DNA from: a virus | Taxonomy: Duplodnaviria; Caudoviricetes | Strand: one strand, 5' to 3' | IMG/VR virus record: IMGVR_UViG_3300048599_000714 | Location: 1 to 44,112 of that record | Length of the DNA stretch: 44,112 nt | In this document: one piece after another, positions 17,761 to 26,519 of the stretch | Position numbering within the stretch: the stretch's first letter is position 1 | Layout: every line of letters starts with the position of its first letter | Translations under genes and position numbers: made by a program | The notes under the pieces: generated by a model | What the model was told of the DNA's origin: nothing | What the model saw: only the letters and a program-made list of their open reading frames with translations | Databases searched by the model: none

Positions 17761-18981
17761 CTAAAGGTCTAAAACGTCTGTTTTGGGCTGGTAAACAACC
17801 TGAGAAGGACTTTGAGGAAGGACAGGATCATCCCCGATCAATCCCTCGATCATCTGCGCCGCTTCGTTTTGCATCGAAGGGATCGCATGCGAGTACCGTT
17901 CCAGGGTTATGCGAATATCTGAATGGCCTAACCGTTCACATACGACCTTGGGATGGACGTTCTTTAACAATAACAGAGTTGCGCAGGTATGCCGGATGTC
18001 ATGGAAACGAATCGCCGGAAGCGCTGCTTCAGAAAGCAATTTCCGTAAATCCTTAATCAGATTGTTGGGATCTATGGGGTTTCCCATGAGATTTGGAAAT
18101 ACCAGGTCGTTTTCCTGCCACTTGTCTGCGTTGACCATCTTCTGCATCACAACCTGGCCTCGTTGAAGTCTTAGTCTTTTGATAGCTTCTGGCCCAACCG
18201 GAATACGCCGGACGCCAGCCTTGCTTTTGGGTGCTTTAAAGAAGAAGCGCGGTGTTTCTTTGTCGGTATGATGATCAACCCATTGAACCTGGCGCTGCAC
18301 CATCAGCGATTGGCTACCCTCATCAATGTCGCTCCATTTCAATCCGAGCAACTCGCCCTGGCGCATACCCGTCACGAAAGCCAGGTAGAACAGGTGCTCG
18401 TTCCGGTTTCCTATAGCGGTTTTGAGAAATAATTTCACCTGGTCTCTGGAGAGTGTAAGCATTTCAGGAGGTTTGTAGGTGATCTTAATGCCTACCGTCG
18501 GATTATAAACGATAGCCCGCTTGACCATCATATCAGCAAAAAACTTATGTAATGTAGAAAGGATGTATTTCTGAGACCGTACGCCAACGCCTTTCTCCCT
18601 AATTGCTTTTAGGATGGCTTCTACATGTTCTTGCTTGACATCCATCAACTTCAATTTTGGTTTAAGGTGAGGAATGATGTGAAGACGAACGACTTCACTA
18701 TAGCGCGAATGTGTTTTCATCTGCCAATTGGCCTTTCCACCTTCCAGCCACTTTTCCAGCGCCTCTTGCATGGTGAGCCGGGCCGTAGAGAAAGTCAAAC
18801 CAGCGTCTGAATGGTTATACATTTCTCGGACCCATTTCTGCGCCTCGGTGCGGGTTTCGAATGTCTTGGTCATTCGTTTTCCCTGAATCGTCACTTGCGC
18901 TTCCCAGTTCCCTCGATCCTTGCGTTCGCGAATGGAGCCTTCATTATTGCCTCGTCGTGGGCGTTTTACTTGATCAGTCAT
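17761..18981 (-). CDS. int: Tyrosine integrase
   Basis: RRGNNEGSI N-terminus; catalytic TGMRQGE, HDIRH, LGH, RYSH; start MTDQ with GAGGA RBS. Confidence 0.95.
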   Translation of the reverse strand: MTDQVKRPRRGNNEGSIRERKDRGNWEAQVTIQGKRMTKTFETRTEAQKWVREMYNHSDAGLTFSTARLTMQEALEKWLEGGKANWQMKTHSRYSEVVRLHIIPHLKPKLKLMDVKQEHVEAILKAIREKGVGVRSQKYILSTLHKFFADMMVKRAIVYNPTVGIKITYKPPEMLTLSRDQVKLFLKTAIGNRNEHLFYLAFVTGMRQGELLGLKWSDIDEGSQSLMVQRQVQWVDHHTDKETPRFFFKAPKSKAGVRRIPVGPEAIKRLRLQRGQVVMQKMVNADKWQENDLVFPNLMGNPIDPNNLIKDLRKLLSEAALPAIRFHDIRHTCATLLLLKNVHPKVVCERLGHSDIRITLERYSHAIPSMQNEAAQMIEGLIGDDPVLPQSPSQVVYQPKTDVLDL

Positions 18982-19072
18982 CGTTATCCTCGTTGTTTTT
19001 CTCCAAGTGTTTCGAATGTGTCCAAATAAACACATATAGGAGTATATTTTAGTCTGATGAGGGTGTCAAGCT

Positions 19073-19516
19073 ATGCCACATGTTAGTCGTAAACCCTTGC
19101 CCGATAAAGCCATCCAACTCACAACAGTTCTGAAAAACTTCCTTGATTTAAAAGGTATATCTGTCCGTAAAGCAGCTGCACAAATGGATATTGGCGCTTC
19201 TCACCTCTCGCACATAATGAATGGTGAGAAGTCTCCAGATGCAGGCGTATGTAATGCAATTGCGGATTTTCTTGGAATTCCGCGTGTTCAGGTATATGGC
19301 CTTGCAGGTTGGCTTGATCTCGGCGAACAGGATGATAAAGCACTATCGGAACTATTTTTGTCCTTTGCGGATACGCCCGAACAGGCGCAAGATCTAAAAT
19401 GGATTTACTACAGTATTGGCGATAAAAATGCCAGGGTAAATTTCCTAAAATGGATCGAGTGGAGTTGTTCCAAAAACGAGGTTAAGATTCAGAAACTGTC
19501 AGGTTTGAACGAATAA
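19073..19516 (+). CDS. XRE-family HTH regulator
   Basis: ISVRKAAAQMDIGASHLSHIMNG..IADFLG. Confidence 0.85.
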   Translation: MPHVSRKPLPDKAIQLTTVLKNFLDLKGISVRKAAAQMDIGASHLSHIMNGEKSPDAGVCNAIADFLGIPRVQVYGLAGWLDLGEQDDKALSELFLSFADTPEQAQDLKWIYYSIGDKNARVNFLKWIEWSCSKNEVKIQKLSGLNE

Positions 19517-19802
19517 ATTCTTCAAGATCTTCTGGGCGAATTCGTTTCGCACGCCCAAACTGTACAGCCGGTAGAACCCGCTCGTTGATCAAAGCATATA
19601 AATGTGACGTAGAAATCTTAGTGATTTCTGCGACTTCTTCGATCTTTAGCAGGCGGGTGATCTTGAGTTCGCCTGTATCCGTTTCCATCGATGTTTCAAT
19701 CTGCGTCATTGATACCTCTGTTGAATTCATTTTAGAGAGTAGTTTGAGCTCGTTAATATTTAATGCCATAATAGCACTTACAAACCACATCGTCAACAGC
19801 AA
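19482..19802 (-). CDS. xis: Excisionase-type HTH_17 protein (true start probably internal)
   Basis: LLKIEEVAEITKISTSHLYALI..LPAVQFGRAKRIRPEDLEEFI. Confidence 0.8.
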   Translation of the reverse strand: MLLTMWFVSAIMALNINELKLLSKMNSTEVSMTQIETSMETDTGELKITRLLKIEEVAEITKISTSHLYALINERVLPAVQFGRAKRIRPEDLEEFIRSNLTVSES

Positions 19803-19899
19803 TGTCGTTTAAGCATTGTTGCTTAACGTTCTAATGCTATAATCGCTCTTATTCTTAATCCGTCATGCCATCCCTTCTTTATAAAACAGGTAACTATAG

Positions 19900-20316
19900 A
19901 TGGAAAAGCCAATCGCAAAATCACGACGAGAAACGTTAGACACGCCTTTTACTCCAGAACCGCTGATCAAACGACTACGCGAATTGTTAGAAAAGCACAA
20001 CGAGAGCTACCGCGAAGCCAGTTTACGCGCAGGGCTGGATCACCAAGGTGTTCGTCGTATTCTTGATGGACAACGTCCCAGTATGCACATTTGTATCTTA
20101 ATGGCGGACCATTTTGGGATCAATCCGAATGAGTTTTTGACGCTGGCTGGATGGCCAGCTTTGAAAGCCTTCGATATTCGCTCGATTGATCAGGAAGGTC
20201 TGCCGCCTGAAGCTGTCGATGTCGCCCTGGCAATTGCGAAGATCTCTGATTCTGGCACCCGAAAAGAGGTAACGGCGGCAATCCTGACACTCGTTCGAAA
20301 ATATACAGAAGCATGA
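19900..20316 (+). CDS. XRE-family HTH regulator
   Basis: SYREASLRAGLDHQGVRRILDG..MADHFG..LAGW. Confidence 0.8.
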   Translation: MEKPIAKSRRETLDTPFTPEPLIKRLRELLEKHNESYREASLRAGLDHQGVRRILDGQRPSMHICILMADHFGINPNEFLTLAGWPALKAFDIRSIDQEGLPPEAVDVALAIAKISDSGTRKEVTAAILTLVRKYTEA

Positions 20317-20336
20317 AGGTGACTGACTAACACTCA

Positions 20337-20591
20337 TTACAACTGGTCCCCTTCAGCAGAGGTCGCCATTTCCTCTTCGGACGATTCTCGAAAAAGATCC
20401 GGCGATTCTTCGTTAGCATATTTAATCGCCTCTCGAATGACAGGCGGAAGTTCTTCCAGTCCGTGAGTGATTTTTCGTCCCGTGATTCGGCGAAGCGCTA
20501 ATGCCAGTTCAAAACAAAACTCACGGATCTTTCCTTCTGAAAACAAGTTGTCTGGTTCCCCACCCGTTTCTTCAGAGGGATCTGCATTCAT
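20337..20591 (-). CDS. Hypothetical protein
   Basis: 84 aa, overlaps upstream ORF, protein-like composition. Confidence 0.5.
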   Translation of the reverse strand: MNADPSEETGGEPDNLFSEGKIREFCFELALALRRITGRKITHGLEELPPVIREAIKYANEESPDLFRESSEEEMATSAEGDQL

Positions 20592-21006
20592 ATGCGACTT
20601 CTTTCAGCCGGTGATAAATTTCTGTTGAATGGCCCCTGCTTTCTTCATTCCGTTGAACATTTTTCCCAACACTTTTCACATGAACGATACTTCTGGAAAA
20701 ATAGTTGATCGCCGTTAGTAAAGCATCCAGTTGTTGGTAATAAATGTCCTCTTTAACCTGCTCCGTTGGATTCTCGACACCCTCCTGTAATACTTCTGCC
20801 AAATCAATCATCAGAAGGGACGTATAGAGTGCATTCCATCCCATTCGATTCAAGTCCCGACCAATCTTATGAATCGCCGATAAACAAGGCTCGCTGGCAT
20901 AATGTTCTAGTCCAATGGCTAAATCGCGCATGGATTTCGCCGCCATGCGCATCTGCTGGGACGCATCGACGGTCAAGAGCGCTGCGTTGTCCGTTTGCTT
21001 CATCAA
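20572..21006 (-). CDS. Hypothetical helical protein
   Basis: 144 aa, AAGGAG RBS. Confidence 0.6.
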   Translation of the reverse strand: MMKQTDNAALLTVDASQQMRMAAKSMRDLAIGLEHYASEPCLSAIHKIGRDLNRMGWNALYTSLLMIDLAEVLQEGVENPTEQVKEDIYYQQLDALLTAINYFSRSIVHVKSVGKNVQRNEESRGHSTEIYHRLKEVAYECRSL

Positions 21007-21063
21007 AACTCCTTACTGTTTAGGATGTTCTGAATGTACTGCTTCCATACCCTCCATACAATT

Positions 21064-21107
21064 TGTCAAAAGCGGCAGAACGACCGGCAGTTTTACCGCT
21101 TTTGACA
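21064..21107. promoter_or_regulatory. 12-bp inverted repeat in divergent intergenic region
   Basis: TGTCAAAAGCGG-20nt-CCGCTTTTGACA. Confidence 0.55.
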
Positions 21108-21262
21108 TCCTAAAGCTTATATTTAATTTAAAAAACCGCAATCGATTGCAGGAATCCGCAATCGCAGTTGCAGTTATTAACAGTTACCGGAACACACTCA
21201 TAAAAATAAAATAACCTGATCAAAACAAAAATAAAACCATTTTTAAAGGGGATTTTTATTCC

Positions 21263-21682
21263 TTGTCCCACGTTGTTTTTATTGCCGAAGACAATGCCAT
21301 TATCGTTTCACACGAGACCACCAAAGCCGAAATTCTTATCCAACGTATTCAAATGGGACTATGGGAACCACCCTTCAAAGCGCATAGCGGCCCTTTTCAG
21401 GCTATCCAAAAAGGCGACACGTTAATCGTTACCCCAATACAAAACGAAAAGCCACACAGACGAATGAGTTTTACCCAAACAGAATGCCGCATTCTCCAGG
21501 GATTGGCTTCCGGGATGAACGATGAGCAGCTTGGAATACTATGCGACATCAAACCTCGAACCGTGAGGTGTTACGTTTCCAGGCTAAAGGACCGATTGCA
21601 CGCGCTCACCCGGGAGCACCTGGTGGCAAAGGCTGGATTGCTTGGACTGTACGATTCGTCTATCGTGGGATTGGATAATTGA
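21263..21682 (+). CDS. LuxR-type HTH regulator
   Basis: FTQTECRILQGLASGMNDEQLG..IKPRTVRCYVSRLKDRLHALTREHLV. Confidence 0.85.
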   Translation: MSHVVFIAEDNAIIVSHETTKAEILIQRIQMGLWEPPFKAHSGPFQAIQKGDTLIVTPIQNEKPHRRMSFTQTECRILQGLASGMNDEQLGILCDIKPRTVRCYVSRLKDRLHALTREHLVAKAGLLGLYDSSIVGLDN

Positions 21683-21811
21683 TGGCTTGATATTCTCGTG
21701 AGTTTGTCGGTTTTCAATGTCCTCTGATCATTTTTCCCCTGGGTCAAATGATGAGAAAATTGAGATGAACCGATAGATTTAATTCTGGCTTACGCTCGTA
21801 CCAGAACTGAT

Positions 21812-22144
21812 TTATTCCTCTGATGGCTTGACCTGATGTGCTTTTCGTTCTGCTTTCTTTTCTCGCTGATCCTGGACCATTTGCTCGATGCTACGAACCA
21901 CCTCGGGCTGCTTCCTACCAAAACGCTTGTAATAAACCTCCTCGATAAACCCCGGTAAGGGTTTCTTCCAGGCCTCTTGCTTTTCATTCGGCAGCTTGCC
22001 GAATTTGTGTAGGTTCAGACCCAATTCTCTTGTCATCTGGACCTGAGCATCAGAAATGAGCAACACCTGCGTGCTTCGACCCATATCTGATATTTTTCGG
22101 GGATGCTCATGTTTTTCGCTATCGCAGTCACTTTCTTTTTCCAT
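21812..22144 (-). pseudogene. Conserved-hypothetical-like gene, apparently frameshifted near 5' end
   Basis: SDAQVQMTRELGLN..WKKPLPGFIEEVYYKRFGR in one frame; IPEKYQIWVEARR lies upstream in another frame. Confidence 0.5.
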
Positions 22145-22296
22145 CTAGCCCAATGAAACACAAAATAAAATATTCACCAGCATTATATCTTGCAGACCGC
22201 AAAGATGTCTTTCACAAAAAATAATAATGGCAATTTTGAACAATAAATTCCAATCCTATAGGTATAATATATTTATCCTATACTAGAGCGCTTCCA

Positions 22297-22453
22297 ATGG
22301 ATTATCATCTCCTGGATATCATGACTATTGAAAATGTTGCTGATTATCTGTGGGTTCCGGTTTCGTCTCTGTACAAATTATCCCAACGCAGAAGCTTCCA
22401 AGGTTTAAAATTGGCAATTTCGTCGTGAAGCATTCAAGGATTGGATAAATTAG
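22297..22453 (+). pseudogene. Degraded HTH_17 DNA-binding gene
   Basis: DIMTIENVADYLWVPVSSLYKLSQ, then WQFRREAFKDWIN* in a shifted frame. Confidence 0.6.
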
Positions 22454-22539
22454 AAAGAAAAAAGTTATATCACCTCAAATCTTACCTCTTACAAAGAAGA
22501 ACAATTAATGCATACAAGGGTTTAGGAAAGAGTATCGAT

Positions 22540-25500
22540 ATGCGGGTAATACAAAATGCAGGCACAGATCGAGTATTCGATCATTTGCAGCCTTGGCTTA
22601 AAGCATATTATCAACTCGATCTCGTAACAAACGCATTCTCGCTATTTGCATTGAGCAATTTGCGAAATGAAGTAGCGAATTTAGCGCGGGTTCGCATGAT
22701 TGTCCCGCCGAATGGCATGGACCTGGGTTTACTTGGGGCTGAAACAGACCGGGCTGCGCGAAACAAGATGCAATCCCATTGGCTGGCCAAGCGCTGCGCG
22801 GCATGGATTGACCAAAAAGTAGAATCTCGCCACGCGAATGGTCCGATTCCGCAGGGCATTATGATTGTTCGAGACGCGAACGCCAGGCCGGTGCTGGTGC
22901 TGTTTGGCTCGCTCTCCTTCACCACAGAGGGCTTCGGGATGGCGCCAGGTAACCCAATGAGCCTGATCCAGATATCCGAAACGCCGGAAGAAGCGCTATT
23001 GCTGAGCCAGTGGTTTGAAGGACAGTGGAAGTCTCTTTCTAATGATCGCAGCGCGAATGCAGATCTGATCCAATGCCTGCAATCACTCTCCGATCCTCAC
23101 GAACCTTCGCTTCTCTACGCGCGGATTTTGCATGTTTTATTTTCCAATCAGGGAGAAGGGCTGGATGAGGATCACATTGTCAAGGCAGCAACGGGTATTC
23201 GTAACACTGTTGTTTGGAAAAAGCTTTTTAAATTTCAGCGCGATGGAGTCATTGGGGCGATTGATAAGCTGAACCGGTTTGGCGGCTGTATTATCGCCGA
23301 CAGCGTGGGCTTAGGGAAAACATTTGAGGCGCTGGCGATCATCAAGTACTACGAGCTGCGCAATGATCGCGTGCTGGTGCTGTGTCCCAAGCGCTTACGC
23401 GATAACTGGACGCTATATAAAGCCAATGACCGGCGCAATATTCTTGCCTCAGACCGGTTCAACTATGATGTCTTGAACCATACGGACCTTTCGAGGAACG
23501 GTGGCTTATCCGGTGACATTGATCTGGCGCACGTCAATTGGGGCAATTATGATCTGGTAGTTATTGATGAATCGCACAACTTCCGCAATAAGCGCACCGC
23601 GCAAACCGGACCGGAAACACGCTATGACCGTTTGATGCGGAAGATCATCAAAGAAGGCGTGAAGACGCGCGTGCTAATGCTCAGCGCCACGCCGGTCAAT
23701 AACCGTCTGGCGGACCTACGCAACCAGATTGCTTTCGCAACCGAAGGCGATGATACGGCCCTTTATCAATATGGCATCAACAGCATTGATAGCACTACGC
23801 AGCTAGCGCAAAAGCAGTTCAACCGCTGGTTAGAATTGGATGAAACGGATCGTACCCCGGCGCGGCTAATCGAAATGCTCGGATTTGACTATTTCACCTT
23901 GCTAGATCTGTTGACGATTGCTAGATCGCGCAAGCACATCGTCAAGTATTACGATACCAAGGAAACGGGCAGGTTTCCAGATCGTCTGAAGCCGATCAAT
24001 ATTAAGGCAGACGTAGACCGAGCCGGCGAGTTCCGCTCGATCCGTGAAATCAATTATGAGATTCGCCGGCTGAACCTGGCAAGTTATGCCCCGTTGCGTT
24101 ATGTGTTACCGCAACGGCAGGAGGCTTACGACAGGAAGTACAGCACCACGCTTCGCGGCGGCGAAAGCTTTTTTCGGCAAGCGGACCGTGAAGAAAGCCT
24201 GATTCACCTGCTGCGCGTGAACGTGCTCAAACGCATGGAAAGCGCAGCGTCGTCCTTTGCCTTGACCGTGGAGCGGCAGCTACGTGACGTGGAAGCAATG
24301 CTGTCGCGGATTGAGAAACAGCTTGAGGAGATTGAGGAAATCGATATCGAGAATGTCGATATTGATGATCCGGCTTTCGAGAGCCTGCTGGTAGGCAACA
24401 AAGTAAAGGTTTTGTTGAAGGATGTCGATCTGATCCGCTGGAAGCAGGATTTGATCGAGGACCGGAACCGGTTGAAATCTTTGCTCACCGCGGCCAGGCA
24501 AGTGGACGCTTCCCGAGATGCAAAGCTATCTGCGCTGAGAGAGGTCATTGAGCACAAGGTCCAGCATCCAATCAACCCAGGCAACCGTAAAGTGATTGTT
24601 TTTACCGCCTTTGCCGATACGGCCCGATACCTGTATGAGCAGATCGCACCCTGGGCCCAGAAAACGCTGGGAATCGAGACTGCCTTGGTCACTGGAACCG
24701 GCGGCAATCAGGTGACGATCCCCGGCTTGCGAAGAGATTTATCAACAATCCTCACCGCGTTTTCGCCGCACTCAAAGGAACGTCCCATAGAGCTGGCCGG
24801 CGAAGGCGAAATAGATTTACTCATTGCTACAGACTGTATCTCTGAAGGTCAGAACCTGCAGGACTGCGACTGGTTGATCAATTATGATATTCATTGGAAC
24901 CCCGTACGCATCATCCAGCGCTTTGGCCGCATTGACCGTATTGGCTCCCCTAACCAGCGTATCCAACTGGTCAACTTCTGGCCCAACATGGAACTGGAGG
25001 AGTACATCAACCTGGAGCAGCGGGTAAGCGGACGCATGGTGCTTCTGGACATCTCTGCAACCGGTGAGGAAAATCTGATCGAGGAGCAGTCGGGCAATCA
25101 GATGAACGATCTAGAATACCGCCGCAAGCAGTTGCTCAAGCTCCAGGATGCCGTAATAGACCTGGAAGATTTGTCCACGGGTGTATCCATTGCTGATCTC
25201 ACTTTGACGGATTTCCGCATTGACCTGGCCGAATATACCCGCGCGTACCCGGGCGTTTTGGACGCATTGCCTAACGGCGCTTTTGCCGTGACCACTGCAC
25301 CAGAAGTGGAGGTACCGCCGGGAATCATTTTCTGCCTGCGAGCCGAGGGTGAAGCCGCGCAGCACACCGCCGAATCCGGATATCCATTAGCTCCCCATTA
25401 CCTGGTGCATGTGGGCGATGATGGATCGGTTCTACTACCCTATTTACAGGCCAAACGCATCCTGGATCATCTAAAACGGGTATGCTATGGCCGTGACCTG

Positions 25501-25737
25501 CTGGATGGTGGGGCTATGAAACGCTTCGAGAGGGCAACCAAAGGCGGCGAAGATATGCGCCAAGCGCAGCGCCTGCTCTCCGCAGCGGTCAATTCAGTGG
25601 TTGGAAAAACGGAAGAACGAGCTATTGAAAGCCTGTTTAGCCCAGGTGGTACATACGCGCTCAAAGGTGAGTTTTCCGGGATGAATGACTTCGAGGTGAT
25701 TGCCTACCTGGTGATCTTATCGGAGGGCGCAGCATGA
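22540..25737 (+). CDS. SNF2-family helicase associated with type III RM
   Basis: ADSVGLGKT, DESH, SATP, QRFGRIDRIG; start MRVIQN likelier than TTG 22441. Confidence 0.9.
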   Translation: MRVIQNAGTDRVFDHLQPWLKAYYQLDLVTNAFSLFALSNLRNEVANLARVRMIVPPNGMDLGLLGAETDRAARNKMQSHWLAKRCAAWIDQKVESRHANGPIPQGIMIVRDANARPVLVLFGSLSFTTEGFGMAPGNPMSLIQISETPEEALLLSQWFEGQWKSLSNDRSANADLIQCLQSLSDPHEPSLLYARILHVLFSNQGEGLDEDHIVKAATGIRNTVVWKKLFKFQRDGVIGAIDKLNRFGGCIIADSVGLGKTFEALAIIKYYELRNDRVLVLCPKRLRDNWTLYKANDRRNILASDRFNYDVLNHTDLSRNGGLSGDIDLAHVNWGNYDLVVIDESHNFRNKRTAQTGPETRYDRLMRKIIKEGVKTRVLMLSATPVNNRLADLRNQIAFATEGDDTALYQYGINSIDSTTQLAQKQFNRWLELDETDRTPARLIEMLGFDYFTLLDLLTIARSRKHIVKYYDTKETGRFPDRLKPINIKADVDRAGEFRSIREINYEIRRLNLASYAPLRYVLPQRQEAYDRKYSTTLRGGESFFRQADREESLIHLLRVNVLKRMESAASSFALTVERQLRDVEAMLSRIEKQLEEIEEIDIENVDIDDPAFESLLVGNKVKVLLKDVDLIRWKQDLIEDRNRLKSLLTAARQVDASRDAKLSALREVIEHKVQHPINPGNRKVIVFTAFADTARYLYEQIAPWAQKTLGIETALVTGTGGNQVTIPGLRRDLSTILTAFSPHSKERPIELAGEGEIDLLIATDCISEGQNLQDCDWLINYDIHWNPVRIIQRFGRIDRIGSPNQRIQLVNFWPNMELEEYINLEQRVSGRMVLLDISATGEENLIEEQSGNQMNDLEYRRKQLLKLQDAVIDLEDLSTGVSIADLTLTDFRIDLAEYTRAYPGVLDALPNGAFAVTTAPEVEVPPGIIFCLRAEGEAAQHTAESGYPLAPHYLVHVGDDGSVLLPYLQAKRILDHLKRVCYGRDLLDGGAMKRFERATKGGEDMRQAQRLLSAAVNSVVGKTEERAIESLFSPGGTYALKGEFSGMNDFEVIAYLVILSEGAA

Positions 25738-26498
25738 TCTTAGATGACGTGATTGCAGCGCTTGGCATTCCTGTAAACGCCATGGTAAACCAGCGCGTGC
25801 CCAAAACGCTGATGGTAAAAAACGGCGCGCCTGCGGCAGCGGATAAGCGCCTGATCAATGAAGGGATTGAATCGGTGCAGTGGCTGGCGGCGTTGAAAGC
25901 CACGACAATCGGCGTGCCGGAATATCGAGATGATGCGCGCGAATATCTGGAAATTGCCGTGCTGCGGGCAGACTTACGCACCGGCGCAAACGCCAACCGC
26001 CTAGCGGAGCTGATTCACCGGGCGATTCCGTACCCGGTTTTCTTGGTGACAAAACAAGACGATAACGATGATTTTTCCCTTTCGCTGGCGCATATGCGTT
26101 GGTCCCTTGCGCAGGCCAGTGAAACGGTAATCGATGGGAATATGATCATCGTCAAAGGCCTGGCTGGCATTCGGGAGGATATTTCGCAAGCATTTTTCAA
26201 AGAACTGGCGTTACTGGCACAGCCGCGCGGCAGCTTATATGCCCTGTACCAGGGATGGATTGATACGCTACTGGCGCTGGAAGCCGCTCGGATCACGGGC
26301 GTTTTTCGAACGAATGGCGGCAAAAAAGACAGAGAGGAACGGCGCGAGGCGCTGCAAGCCTGCGCGCAGCTAGAAGTACAAATCAAACACCTGCGGGCAG
26401 CGGCCCGAATAGAAAAACAGGTGGCAAAATTGGTTTCGTTAAACCTGGAACTGAAAGAACTGGAAGCGCAGCTTGAACGCGCCCGGCAAAAACTATAA
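25734..26498 (+). CDS. DUF4391-like protein
   Basis: ATGA-coupled to helicase; YLEIAVL, LIHRAIPYP, C-terminal coiled coil. Confidence 0.8.
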   Translation: MILDDVIAALGIPVNAMVNQRVPKTLMVKNGAPAAADKRLINEGIESVQWLAALKATTIGVPEYRDDAREYLEIAVLRADLRTGANANRLAELIHRAIPYPVFLVTKQDDNDDFSLSLAHMRWSLAQASETVIDGNMIIVKGLAGIREDISQAFFKELALLAQPRGSLYALYQGWIDTLLALEAARITGVFRTNGGKKDREERREALQACAQLEVQIKHLRAAARIEKQVAKLVSLNLELKELEAQLERARQKL

Positions 26499-26519
26499 CT
26501 GGATATTCGAGAGGACATC

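Noticed and set aside
22441-22539. TTG start for the SNF2 helicase
   Set aside because: It overlaps the HTH pseudogene; ATG 22540 has a purine-rich RBS and gives a more plausible N-terminus.
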